From NCBI GenBank assembly GCA_964504845.1, contig CAZDGR010000003.1, forward strand, positions 1 to 39,304: 39,304 nucleotides of DNA, read 5' to 3'. Origin of the DNA: an uncultured Rhizobium sp. (lineage in GTDB: Bacteria > Pseudomonadota > Alphaproteobacteria > SHVZ01). Both the position numbers and the translations under genes were made by a program. Shown one piece after another: positions 1 to 8,027 of the stretch (the first letter of the stretch is position 1; each line of letters begins with the position of its first letter). The notes under the pieces are model-generated. The model made no database searches. It saw nothing but the letters and a program-made list of their open reading frames with translations, and had not been told where the DNA came from.

Positions 1-1
1 C

Positions 2-784
2 GAGGGCACCGACAACGTCTACATCTTCAGGAACGGCAACCACCAGGCGATGTTCATCGTGACCTCGGAAGGCGTGATCGCGACCGATCCGGTCGCCTAC
101 GGCAAGCCCGACGGCGGCAAGCAGTATGTCGACGAGATCCGCAAGGTCACCAGCCAGCCGATCAAGTACGTGGTCTACAGCCACCACCACTACGACCACA
201 TCGCCGGCGGCAAGGCGCTGAAGGACGCGGGCGCCACCTTCATCAGCCACGCCAACGCGAAGAAGCGCCTGGTGCCGCTGAAGGATCCGCACACGGTGAT
301 TCCCGACAAGACCTTCAACAAGCAGATGACGCTGAAGCTCGGCGGCACCACGCTCGAGCTGATCTATCTCGGCGTCAACCACTCCGACTCCAACATCGTG
401 ATGCGCCTGCCGAAGGAGAAGATCATCTTCCTGGTCGACACGATCCCGGTGGGATCCTTCCCCGGCCGCGGCTTCATCGACATCGATCCGCTGAAGACCG
501 AGGCCTTCATCGAGGGGGTGCTGAAGCTCGACTGGAACCGGATGATCCCGGGCCATCCGGGTCAACCGGGCGACCGACTCGGCACCAAGAAGGACGCCGA
601 GGACATCCTGACCCTGATGCGTGAGGCCTCGGCCGACATGAAGAAGCTCGCCCAGGAAGGCAAGTGCTGGGAGCCGGCCGAGCGCGAGTACAAGATGCCG
701 AAATACGCGAGCTGGCCCGGATACGAGGCCGGCATGCCGCTGGTCGCCAGGCGCTATTGCGGCCTCTGGGGCCGCGGGAGCTGA
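2..784 (+). CDS. MBL-fold metallo-hydrolase (5' end cut by window edge)
   Basis: ORF 50..784 stays open in frame back to base 2 (EGTDNVYIFRNGNHQA...). Zinc-binding HxHxDH motif 'YSHHHYDHIAGG'. Confidence 0.85.
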   Translation, partial: EGTDNVYIFRNGNHQAMFIVTSEGVIATDPVAYGKPDGGKQYVDEIRKVTSQPIKYVVYSHHHYDHIAGGKALKDAGATFISHANAKKRLVPLKDPHTVIPDKTFNKQMTLKLGGTTLELIYLGVNHSDSNIVMRLPKEKIIFLVDTIPVGSFPGRGFIDIDPLKTEAFIEGVLKLDWNRMIPGHPGQPGDRLGTKKDAEDILTLMREASADMKKLAQEGKCWEPAEREYKMPKYASWPGYEAGMPLVARRYCGLWGRGS

Positions 785-813
785 TCGCCGCCGCTGACGC
801 CTGACGTCGTATT

Positions 814-936
814 CCCTCCCCCCGCCCGCGGGGGAGGGCTAGGGTGGGGGGCTGGATTCCGGGAACATGGCCGAGCGTCGAGCTCTGCCGACCCGCCCCC
901 CACCCTAGCCCTCTCCCGCGCAAGAGCGGGGAGGGG
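814..936. repeat. Pair of inverted REP-like GC-rich palindromic units
   Basis: Unit 1 (814-851) is ccctccccccgcccgcgggggagggctagggtgggggg. Unit 2 (896-936) is ccccccaccctagccctctcccgcgcaagagcggggagggg, close to the reverse complement of unit 1. Each unit holds its own hairpin. Located in the intergenic gap between two + strand genes. Confidence 0.8.
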
Positions 937-953
937 ACACGACGAGGCATCCG

Positions 954-1748
954 ATGCCCAATCACCTCTCGTCGGAAGCGGTCGAGCGCTATCGCCGGGA
1001 CGGCTATGTCCACCCGATCGACTGCCTGAACCTGCCCGAGGCGAAGCGCTGCCGCGACGCGCTCGAGGACTACGAGCGGCGCACGGGCCAGAAGTCGACC
1101 CTGGCGATCCGGGGCAAGGGGCACCTGAAGATGCAGGTGCTCTATGACCTGGTCCACGACCCGCGCGTGCTCGATGCGGTCGAGTCGGTGCTGGGTCCGA
1201 ACATCCTCTGCTGGGGGTCGAGCCTGTTCGTGAAGGAGCCGAACGATCCGGCCTTCGTCGCCTGGCACCAGGATTCCTACTACTGGGGTCTCGAGCCGGA
1301 CGACGTCTGCTCGGCCTGGGTCGCCTTCGCGCCCTCGACCATCGCCAACGGCGCGATGCAGGTGCTGCCGGGCAGCCACAAGGAGCGCCGATACCCGCAC
1401 GCCAAGTCGCCCGAGGGCAGCGGCAACATGATCTCGAGCCACGAGGAGATCGCGGTCGAGGTCGACGAGGGCAAGGGCGTCAGCCTGCTGCTCGACGAAG
1501 GGCAGATGTCGCTGCACCACGTCAATATCGTCCACGGCTCGCCGCCGAACCGTTCGGACGGGCGCCGCTACGGCTATGCGATCCGCTACGTCGCGGCGCA
1601 CGTGAAGCAGCGCGGCGACATGCCGACCGCGATCCTGGTGCGTGGCCGCGACGACTACGGCTACTTCAAGCCCGACCCGGTGCCGAAGGGCGACTTCGAT
1701 CCGGCGATCATGGCGCTCTACCCGAACCTGCCGGCGACGCCGGCTTAA
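954..1748 (+). CDS. Phytanoyl-CoA dioxygenase (PhyH) family Fe(II)/2-oxoglutarate oxygenase
   Basis: 264 aa. N-terminus 'SEAVERYRRDGYVHP' and the HxD motif in 'VAWHQDSYYW' are typical of the PhyH family. Confidence 0.85.
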   Translation: MPNHLSSEAVERYRRDGYVHPIDCLNLPEAKRCRDALEDYERRTGQKSTLAIRGKGHLKMQVLYDLVHDPRVLDAVESVLGPNILCWGSSLFVKEPNDPAFVAWHQDSYYWGLEPDDVCSAWVAFAPSTIANGAMQVLPGSHKERRYPHAKSPEGSGNMISSHEEIAVEVDEGKGVSLLLDEGQMSLHHVNIVHGSPPNRSDGRRYGYAIRYVAAHVKQRGDMPTAILVRGRDDYGYFKPDPVPKGDFDPAIMALYPNLPATPA

Positions 1749-2351
1749 GTGCCGCTGCAGAATCGCGTCACGCCGTTCGGCGAGATCGTCGCCGTGCCTG
1801 AGCGGGGACTCTTTACCGGCAACCGCGGCATCATCCACGACCCGGCGGCCAGGACGCTGCTCAGGCGCCGCTGGACCACGAAAGCGTGGATCTGCTGCGC
1901 GCTCGACTGGCGCGGCCGGCGCCGCGTGCCGATGGCTCAGCGGGGCTGGACCGAACTCTTCTTCCTCGACGAGGCGACTGCCTTCGCCGCCGGCCACCGC
2001 CCGTGCTTCTACTGCCGGCGCGAGCGCGCGACGGCATTCCGCGATGCCTGGGGGAAAGCGCGCGGGACCACGCCGCCCAAGGCGCCGGAGATGGACGTGG
2101 TTCTGCACGCGGAGCGGATCGAGAACCGGCGGAAGAGGCTGCACCCGCTCGGAGAGTTGCCGGACGGCACGATGGTCGCGGCAGGCGCCGATGCCTACAT
2201 GATGCTCGGCGGCCGGAAGCGGCGATGGCGCTTCTCAGGCTACGGCGCGCCCGAGGATGTCGCGGTCGACCGCCTGATCACCCCGCCCTCGATCGTCGCC
2301 GCCTTCGCCGCCGGCTATCGGCCGGCGCTGCATCCGAGCGCTGCGTGCTAG
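1749..2351 (+). CDS. Conserved hypothetical protein (Cys-containing 'HRPCFYCRR' motif)
   Basis: 200-aa ORF with a GTG start directly after the PhyH stop. Coding-like composition. No family recognised. Confidence 0.55.
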   Translation: MPLQNRVTPFGEIVAVPERGLFTGNRGIIHDPAARTLLRRRWTTKAWICCALDWRGRRRVPMAQRGWTELFFLDEATAFAAGHRPCFYCRRERATAFRDAWGKARGTTPPKAPEMDVVLHAERIENRRKRLHPLGELPDGTMVAAGADAYMMLGGRKRRWRFSGYGAPEDVAVDRLITPPSIVAAFAAGYRPALHPSAAC

Positions 2352-3370
2352 AGCACCTTCTCCGGCTTGCCGCTGGCGATCGAACGGTGGATCGCGTCCA
2401 GGATCGCCGTCACCTCGCGCGAGCTTTCCAGCGTCACCAGCGGCGGCTTGTCGTCGCGCACGCAGGCGATGAAGTGCTGCACGACCTCGGTCAAGGCGCC
2501 CTGCTGCTTGCCGGCGATCTTCGGCATGATCGCGATGCGCGGCCATTCGTAGGCCTGCTCGCTCGCGACATGAAGCTGCTCGTCCTTGCGGTCGAGATGG
2601 ATCACGCCCGACTCGCCGATCACCTCGATGTAGCTGTCGGTCATCGACGGGAAGCTGTCCGGATAGATCCAGCAGGATTCGAAGGTGGCGACGCCGCCCC
2701 TGGCGAAGCGCACCTGCGCCTGCACTGCGTCCGGCGTCTCGATGCCGCGGCCGCGGAGCACGCCCCAGACCGCGGTCGCGTAGACCTCGGTCGCGCGGTC
2801 GCCCATCCACCAGGTCACCAGATCGATGTCGTGGCTGGAGAGGAACCAGGCCGGCGTGGTGCCGGCGGCCCAGCCCAGCATCCTGGTGGGCACCCAGATG
2901 CGGTCGTTCTTGCGCGCATAGGCCATCACCGGCCGGCCGATCCTGCCGGCGGCCACGCGCTCGTGCGTCGCCCAGTAGGAGGGAATCCAGCGATGGCTGA
3001 AGCAGGCCATCAGCTTGAGGCCGGAGCGCTTGACGATCTCGATCAGCTTGTCGGCTTCGCCGAGGTCGACGGTGAGCGGCTTCTCCACCAGCACGTGCTT
3101 GCCGGATTCGATCGCCGCCTTGCAGATCTCGTAGTGCAGGTGGTCGGGCGTGGCGACGAGGACCAGGTCGATGTCCTTGCGGGCGATGATCTCGCGATAG
3201 TCCTTCGTCGCGAGCTCGGCGCCGAAGCGCCTGGCCAGCGGCTCGGCACCCTCGAGGCTGGCGACGCCGACCAGCTTGGCCCGCGGGTCCTGGAACGTCG
3301 CCGCCGCATGCCCTTCGCCCATGATGCCGGCCCCGATGAGCCCGACGCGGACCGTCTCTTTTCCAGCCAT
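2348..3370 (-). CDS. Gfo/Idh/MocA family NAD(P)-dependent oxidoreductase
   Basis: N-terminal Rossmann motif 'VRVGLIGAGIMG' and the family 'VLVEKPL' motif. 340 aa. Confidence 0.9.
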   Translation of the reverse strand: MAGKETVRVGLIGAGIMGEGHAAATFQDPRAKLVGVASLEGAEPLARRFGAELATKDYREIIARKDIDLVLVATPDHLHYEICKAAIESGKHVLVEKPLTVDLGEADKLIEIVKRSGLKLMACFSHRWIPSYWATHERVAAGRIGRPVMAYARKNDRIWVPTRMLGWAAGTTPAWFLSSHDIDLVTWWMGDRATEVYATAVWGVLRGRGIETPDAVQAQVRFARGGVATFESCWIYPDSFPSMTDSYIEVIGESGVIHLDRKDEQLHVASEQAYEWPRIAIMPKIAGKQQGALTEVVQHFIACVRDDKPPLVTLESSREVTAILDAIHRSIASGKPEKVL

Positions 3371-3472
3371 GCCTGCCGATGTCTCCGGGTTGACCGGGGC
3401 GATGCTAGGCGGCGTCCGGCGGCGTCCACAGAGAATTCCGTAATCCGTAAAATTCGGCTATCGCTTCCGCCG

Positions 3473-4192
3473 ATGAAGGATGACGAGCTCGACCGGCTGT
3501 CCGCGCGCATCCAGGCGCTGCGCGCCAAGACGATCGCCAACGGCTGCACCGAAGGCGAGGCGCTCGCCGCGGCCGAGAAGGTCGCCGAGCTTCTCGACCG
3601 CTACGATCTCTCGCTCGGCGACGTCGAGATGCGGCAGGCGCCGTGCGGCACGCTGGCGTTCGAATCGAGGCATCGCAAGCGCGTGCCGCTGGACGACTGC
3701 ATCGGTGCGGTCGCCGCCTTCTGCGACTGCCGTGTCTGGCGCGAGAAGAGGGCCGAGGGCGGCCATGCCTATGTCTTCTTCGGCCTTCGCGCCGACATCG
3801 AGGCGGCGGTGGCGCTGGCCGAGATGGTCGACGACGCGGTCCGCACCGAGCTCGGCCGCTACAAGAATTCGGCGGAGTACAGGCGTCTTCGCCATCAGGA
3901 TCGCCACATCGCCAACAGCTCGTTCGCGCTCGGCATGGTCGCCTCGATCGGCGACCGGCTGGTGGCGATGAAGGCGGCGCGCGACCAGGCCAAGCGCGGC
4001 ACCGGGCGCGACCTCGTCGTGCTGAAGCGATCGGTGGTCGAAGCCGAGTTCGAGAAGCTGAACCTCGCGACCCACGAGGTCGCGGGGCCGGGACGGATGG
4101 TGCTGCCCGAGGCCTATGACGCCGGCGATGCGGCGGGCTCGTCCTTCGCCGTCGATCCGGCGATCACCCGGCGCGGGTCGCCATCCAGATGA
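3473..4192 (+). CDS. DUF2786-like domain protein
   Basis: This is the real part of the long ORF 1886..4192 and starts at ATG 3473 (MKDDELDRLSARIQALRAKT..). The 'ALRAKTIANGCTEGEALAAAEKVAELLDRY' helix pair is the DUF2786 signature as I recall it. The 3' end overlaps the convergent gene by 29 nt. Confidence 0.7.
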   Translation: MKDDELDRLSARIQALRAKTIANGCTEGEALAAAEKVAELLDRYDLSLGDVEMRQAPCGTLAFESRHRKRVPLDDCIGAVAAFCDCRVWREKRAEGGHAYVFFGLRADIEAAVALAEMVDDAVRTELGRYKNSAEYRRLRHQDRHIANSSFALGMVASIGDRLVAMKAARDQAKRGTGRDLVVLKRSVVEAEFEKLNLATHEVAGPGRMVLPEAYDAGDAAGSSFAVDPAITRRGSPSR

Positions 4193-4838
4193 CGTGCCTG
4201 GCGCCGCCCTTGGCACCCCGGGCGCGCGTGCGGATCACCTCGACCTCGAAGCCCGAGCGGCGAAGTCGCTGGGTGAATTTCTGGTCCTCGCCGGCCGACC
4301 ATACGGCGAGCAGGCCATTGGCCTTGAGCGCCCGCCGTGTCGCGCCGAGGCCGTCCAGATCATAGAGCCGGTCGTTCGCCGCGCGCGTCAGTCCCTCCGG
4401 ACCGTTGTCGACGTCGAGCAGGATCGCATCATAGGCGTCGGCTTCGGCGCGGATCGCTTCCCCGACATCGCCTTCCTTCAACGCGACGCGCGGATCCTCG
4501 AGGCTGCTGCCGGTGAGCACGGCGAGCGGTCCCTGGTTCCAGGCGATCACCGCCGGCATCAGCTCCGCGACGACGACCTGGGCGTCCTGCTTCAGCGCGT
4601 TCAGCGCCGCGCGCAAGGTGAAGCCCATGCCGAGCCCGCCGATCAGGAGACGAGGCGCCGGCCGTTCGCCGACGCGATCGCAGGCGAGGCTGGCGAGCTC
4701 CTCCTCCGACCCGTGAATCCGGCTGTTCATCAGCTCGTCGCGCCCCAGCCGGATCGAGAACTCGGCGCCGCGCTGCCAGAGCCTGAGTTCGTTGCCGCCG
4801 GGCACCTTGGCGGTGTCGATCAGCTTCCAGGGGATCAT
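4164..4838 (-). CDS. Spermidine-synthase-like (SpeE-fold) SAM/dcSAM-dependent transferase, short form
   Basis: 224 aa. Motifs 'LLIGGLGMGFTLRAAL' (GxGxG) and 'DAILLDVDNGP'. Lies 39 nt downstream of the radical SAM gene on the same strand. Confidence 0.75.
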   Translation of the reverse strand: MIPWKLIDTAKVPGGNELRLWQRGAEFSIRLGRDELMNSRIHGSEEELASLACDRVGERPAPRLLIGGLGMGFTLRAALNALKQDAQVVVAELMPAVIAWNQGPLAVLTGSSLEDPRVALKEGDVGEAIRAEADAYDAILLDVDNGPEGLTRAANDRLYDLDGLGATRRALKANGLLAVWSAGEDQKFTQRLRRSGFEVEVIRTRARGAKGGARHVIWMATRAG

Positions 4839-4877
4839 CGCCGGGGCCTGTACCTGCGTGCTGCCGAACGCGCCGCT

Positions 4878-6431
4878 CTACGCCGTCAACGCGCCCGACC
4901 TTGCCGCGCGATGGATGAAGTCCGGCAATCCCTGGCCCATCGAGTGCTCGTAGCGCATGGCCGGAGCGCTGTGATTGAACGGAATGCCGAGCTTGGCGCG
5001 AACCTCCCGCTCGACCTGGTCCCTGAGCTCGACGATGCGTCGAGCGCTCAGGTGATCGGTGAAGACGAAGGCCTGGTATCCGCCGTTGGGATCGCCTTTG
5101 TAGTACTGCGCGGAGGTCGTGTAGTCGACCTCGTAGGCATGAAGGCGGTCGCCGGTCTCCGGCTGGGTATAGGTCCAGACATCCGGCAGCGACGGATGCG
5201 GAGTCGCGAAGTCGTAGTAGGGCGTGCCGGGGTATGTGGTGATGACCGTGCAGTCGAAGTCGTCGACCTCGCTGTCGATCAGCCAGTCGCTGATCGCGGC
5301 GATGCTCTCCTCGGTCTCGCCCGGGTGCCCGACCGACATCAGCGCCTTGACCTTGAGGCCGTGCTTCTTGGCGAGCGCGACGCAGGCGTCGTTGTCTTCC
5401 CGGGACGCGCGCTTGTTGATGTTGGTGAGGATCCGCGGGTGCGCGGCCTCGAAGCCGGTCAGCAGCCAGCGAAATCCGGCGCGGCGCATGGCGCTGGCCT
5501 GAGCGTCGGTGAACAGCTCGGCCTTGACGAAGCCGCGCAGCTGAAACTCGGTGCCCAGGCGAGACTGCAGGTCGGTCAGCCCATCCATCAGCTCGATCAT
5601 GCTCTTGGCGACGTTGAGCTCGTCGTCATAGAACATGAAGCCGGTGTAGCCGTGGTCGCGGTGGAGAGCCTCGACCTCGCGGAGGATCGAGGCGACCGAG
5701 CGGTTCCTGATGACGCGGAGGGTCTTGCTGTTCCTTCCGCCGCAGAAGCCGCAGTTGAAAGGGCAGCCCAGCTGGCCGATCAGGCTGGTCGCTCGGTGCC
5801 CTTCGATCTCGTAGCGATAGGAGCCGAGATCGATCAGGTGGCGGGCCGGCATCGGGCCGTTCGTGAACATCTCGTCGGTCAGGAAGAAGCCGCCCTTCGG
5901 ATCGTCGCCGTCGACGACCTTGGGAGCATCCTTCGCCAGCGCCTCGAAGATCGCGAGCTCGCCGTCGCCGCTGCAGAGCACGTCGAACCGTGCCTCGAGG
6001 TGTTCCGCCGCCCGCCGGGCGCGGCCGTTCGCGACGCCGCGCTTGCGCTCGAGCGCCAGCGCCGAATAGACGAGCGTGACGTGCGGCCCGCCCAGGATCA
6101 GCCGGAGGTCGGGGCGGCTCTCGCGGATGGCCGCCGCGATCTTGATGACGGAAGGCAGCTGCGGCGTCGTCGCCGTGATCCCGATCGCGGTATCCGTGCT
6201 GCCGGCGATGTAGTTGGACAGAGCATCGAGATAATTCTCGATCCCCGAGAGATCGAGGAAATTGACGCCGTAGCCCCGGTTTTCGAGGCTAGCCGCGACC
6301 TTGAGGATGCCGAGGCTGACGAAGACGCGCTCGTCGAGCAGGAAGGACGACGGCGGCGTTATGAGGCAGACCGAGGATCGGTTCGCGACGGCTGATTTCC
6401 CTGAGATCCCCGCTCCGGGTGCCACGTCCAT
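4878..6431 (-). CDS. B12-binding-domain radical SAM protein (class B)
   Basis: 517 aa. CxxxCxxC cluster motif in 'GCPFNCGFCGG'. The N-terminal about 150 aa look like a cobalamin-binding Rossmann domain (VCLITPPS...LGILKVAASLENRGYGV). Confidence 0.85.
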   Translation of the reverse strand: MDVAPGAGISGKSAVANRSSVCLITPPSSFLLDERVFVSLGILKVAASLENRGYGVNFLDLSGIENYLDALSNYIAGSTDTAIGITATTPQLPSVIKIAAAIRESRPDLRLILGGPHVTLVYSALALERKRGVANGRARRAAEHLEARFDVLCSGDGELAIFEALAKDAPKVVDGDDPKGGFFLTDEMFTNGPMPARHLIDLGSYRYEIEGHRATSLIGQLGCPFNCGFCGGRNSKTLRVIRNRSVASILREVEALHRDHGYTGFMFYDDELNVAKSMIELMDGLTDLQSRLGTEFQLRGFVKAELFTDAQASAMRRAGFRWLLTGFEAAHPRILTNINKRASREDNDACVALAKKHGLKVKALMSVGHPGETEESIAAISDWLIDSEVDDFDCTVITTYPGTPYYDFATPHPSLPDVWTYTQPETGDRLHAYEVDYTTSAQYYKGDPNGGYQAFVFTDHLSARRIVELRDQVEREVRAKLGIPFNHSAPAMRYEHSMGQGLPDFIHRAARSGALTA

Positions 6432-6591
6432 GATCTCGAGAAATGCCCGTCCGTGAATCGGCTGCCTGTGATGCCGAGTATGAGGCTAATGTAACGCATG
6501 GGCGTTCCCGAAGCCAATCTCGCGGCGAAGGCCATCCCCGGCACCGGCTGCTCGTCGTCGGGCGCAGCGTAGGAACCGGGAGGCCTGGACG

Positions 6592-7818
6592 ATGCCGATC
6601 GCCCCGTTCCGGTTCCTGTCGGTTCACGCCTACTGCCATCGGGTCGCCAGTCCCGAGGCCGTCCTTGCGACGCCCAATTCGGTTTATCGGCCGGAGCCGG
6701 ACGCGCCGAACAGTTTCGACGCGCCGGACTTCGTCGACGACAGCGACCGGCGGCACGCGGAGGCCCTGGTGTCGCCGGAGCGCAATCGGGACACGTTCGG
6801 CGTAGGCCTCGATGCGTCGCAAGACCATTTCCTCGCGCGGCTCGACGACGTGACCGTCGAGCGATGGACGCTGGCCGGCACGGAGTGCTTCCGTATTTTC
6901 GTCGATCGAGGCGTCGCGCTCACGGAGCCCTTTACCGCCCACTACAAGGCGGACTGGCCGCTCGTTCGCGCGCACGACACGATCTTCGCCGACTACAAGG
7001 GACAGCGCGTCCCGATCTATCTTCACGACGAGCAGGAACCGGAGGTCGTCTTCAACGATCCGGCCGTCTACATGCTCGATAAGAACGCCTCCAACTATTA
7101 CCACTGGATGTGCGAGGTCTTGCCGCGCCTCTGGGCCTGCGCCGCGGTTCCCGAGCTGTCGCGGCTGCCGATGGTCGTCAACGACCAGAACCTGTCCACG
7201 TTCCAGCGCCAGACCCTGGGCACGATGCTGGGCTCGGCCCAGCTGGTCGCCTTTCCCTGGCGCGCGGCCAGGTTCAAGCGCCTCTATCTTTCGTCGTTCC
7301 TCACGTCCGGCGAGTGCGCGCCGCGGCTGCGCGGGTGGATCTCGCAGTTTCGGCAACGCGCCGGTGCCGCTCCGGCGGATGCGCGCCCGAGGCGTCTCTA
7401 CGTGTCGCGCAGCGACGCGGTGCGACGTCGCGTCCTCAACGAGGACGACACCTGGGCGGCGCTGTCCAGGCTCGGCTTCGAGCGCGTGACGCCGGGAACG
7501 CTTTCCGTTGCCGCTCAGCTCGACCTGTTCGCGAACGCCGAGGCGGTCGTGCTTCCCAACGGCGCCGCCGCCGCGAACCTCCCCGCGACGCCGCCCGGCG
7601 CACTGGTCGTCGAGTTCCAGCCGGTCGTGCTCCTGAATCCCGGCGTCTGGCCGGTCGCGCGGGCGATGGGCCACCGCTACGCGCTGGTGACCACGGCCGA
7701 CAGCCGCGGCAAGGTGCCGGACTACGAGATCGACATGACGATCGACACCGCCAAGCTTACGCGAGTCGTCGAAGCCGGGCTTGCCGAGCGGACAGCCGCG
7801 CCGTTAGTACGAGTTTAG
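6592..7818 (+). CDS. Glycosyltransferase family 61 / DUF563 protein
   Basis: 408 aa. Has 'NYYHWMCEVLPRLW' and the C-terminal 'RLYVSRSDAVRRRVLNEDD...GFERV' pattern typical of DUF563. Confidence 0.75.
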   Translation: MPIAPFRFLSVHAYCHRVASPEAVLATPNSVYRPEPDAPNSFDAPDFVDDSDRRHAEALVSPERNRDTFGVGLDASQDHFLARLDDVTVERWTLAGTECFRIFVDRGVALTEPFTAHYKADWPLVRAHDTIFADYKGQRVPIYLHDEQEPEVVFNDPAVYMLDKNASNYYHWMCEVLPRLWACAAVPELSRLPMVVNDQNLSTFQRQTLGTMLGSAQLVAFPWRAARFKRLYLSSFLTSGECAPRLRGWISQFRQRAGAAPADARPRRLYVSRSDAVRRRVLNEDDTWAALSRLGFERVTPGTLSVAAQLDLFANAEAVVLPNGAAAANLPATPPGALVVEFQPVVLLNPGVWPVARAMGHRYALVTTADSRGKVPDYEIDMTIDTAKLTRVVEAGLAERTAAPLVRV

Positions 7819-7952
7819 TCCCGTCGCTGCACCTTCCCCGGCCGAATGCCAGCAGTTGAGTGGGGTCGCTGCCATCTTTCCCGCGCGCTCCAGCATTTGT
7901 GGTGGAGAGGCTGGCTTGCCCATATCTAGTCAAAGAAACCTGTTAGTAATGT

Positions 7953-7967
7953 GAACAAGACGCGAAC
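7953..7967 (+). promoter_or_regulatory. GAAC-N7-GAAC direct repeat (alphaproteobacterial SOS/LexA-box-like) in the dcm upstream region
   Basis: gaacaagacgcgaac. It extends to GAACAAG-N4-GAACAAG and is nested between the inverted arms AAGAAAC (7933-7939) and GTTTCTT (7970-7976). Lies 61 nt upstream of the dcm ATG. Confidence 0.35.
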
Positions 7968-8027
7968 AAGTTTCTTGGCAGGCGATTGTCGAACTGGCAT
8001 CATTCGCGCGCCATCAGAGGGCCGCGA

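Noticed and set aside
507-2144. 545-aa ORF on the minus strand, spanning the REP region and running antisense to the PhyH gene
   Set aside because: It is Arg/Ala/Pro/Gly-rich and low in complexity, as expected for a shadow frame in very G+C-rich DNA. It overlaps + strand genes that carry clear family motifs.
1886-3472. Upstream two-thirds of the 768-aa ORF 1886..4192
   Set aside because: It runs antisense to the well-supported Gfo/Idh/MocA gene and has an Arg/Ala-rich composition. Only the part from ATG 3473 (DUF2786-like) looks like a real protein.
6443-6805. 120-aa ORF starting in the radical-SAM/GT61 intergenic region, considered as a possible RiPP precursor
   Set aside because: It has no ribosome-binding site and is Arg/Ser/Gly-rich. 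Most of it overlaps the GT61 gene out of frame, and it has no leader/core-like features.
4116-7674. Long ORFs 4116..6395 (+) and 6289..7674 (-)
   Set aside because: They are antisense to the SpeE-like and radical SAM genes and to the GT61 gene respectively. Their low-complexity R/A/G/D-rich translations show no motifs.
7819-8027. Direct repeat of the tRNA-Gly 3' end (att-like) at the left edge of the low-G+C islet
   Set aside because: The best match seen by eye is tggagaggc (about 7904) against tggagcggg of the tRNA. It is too short and degenerate to call, and no integrase is present. A proper alignment could revisit this.
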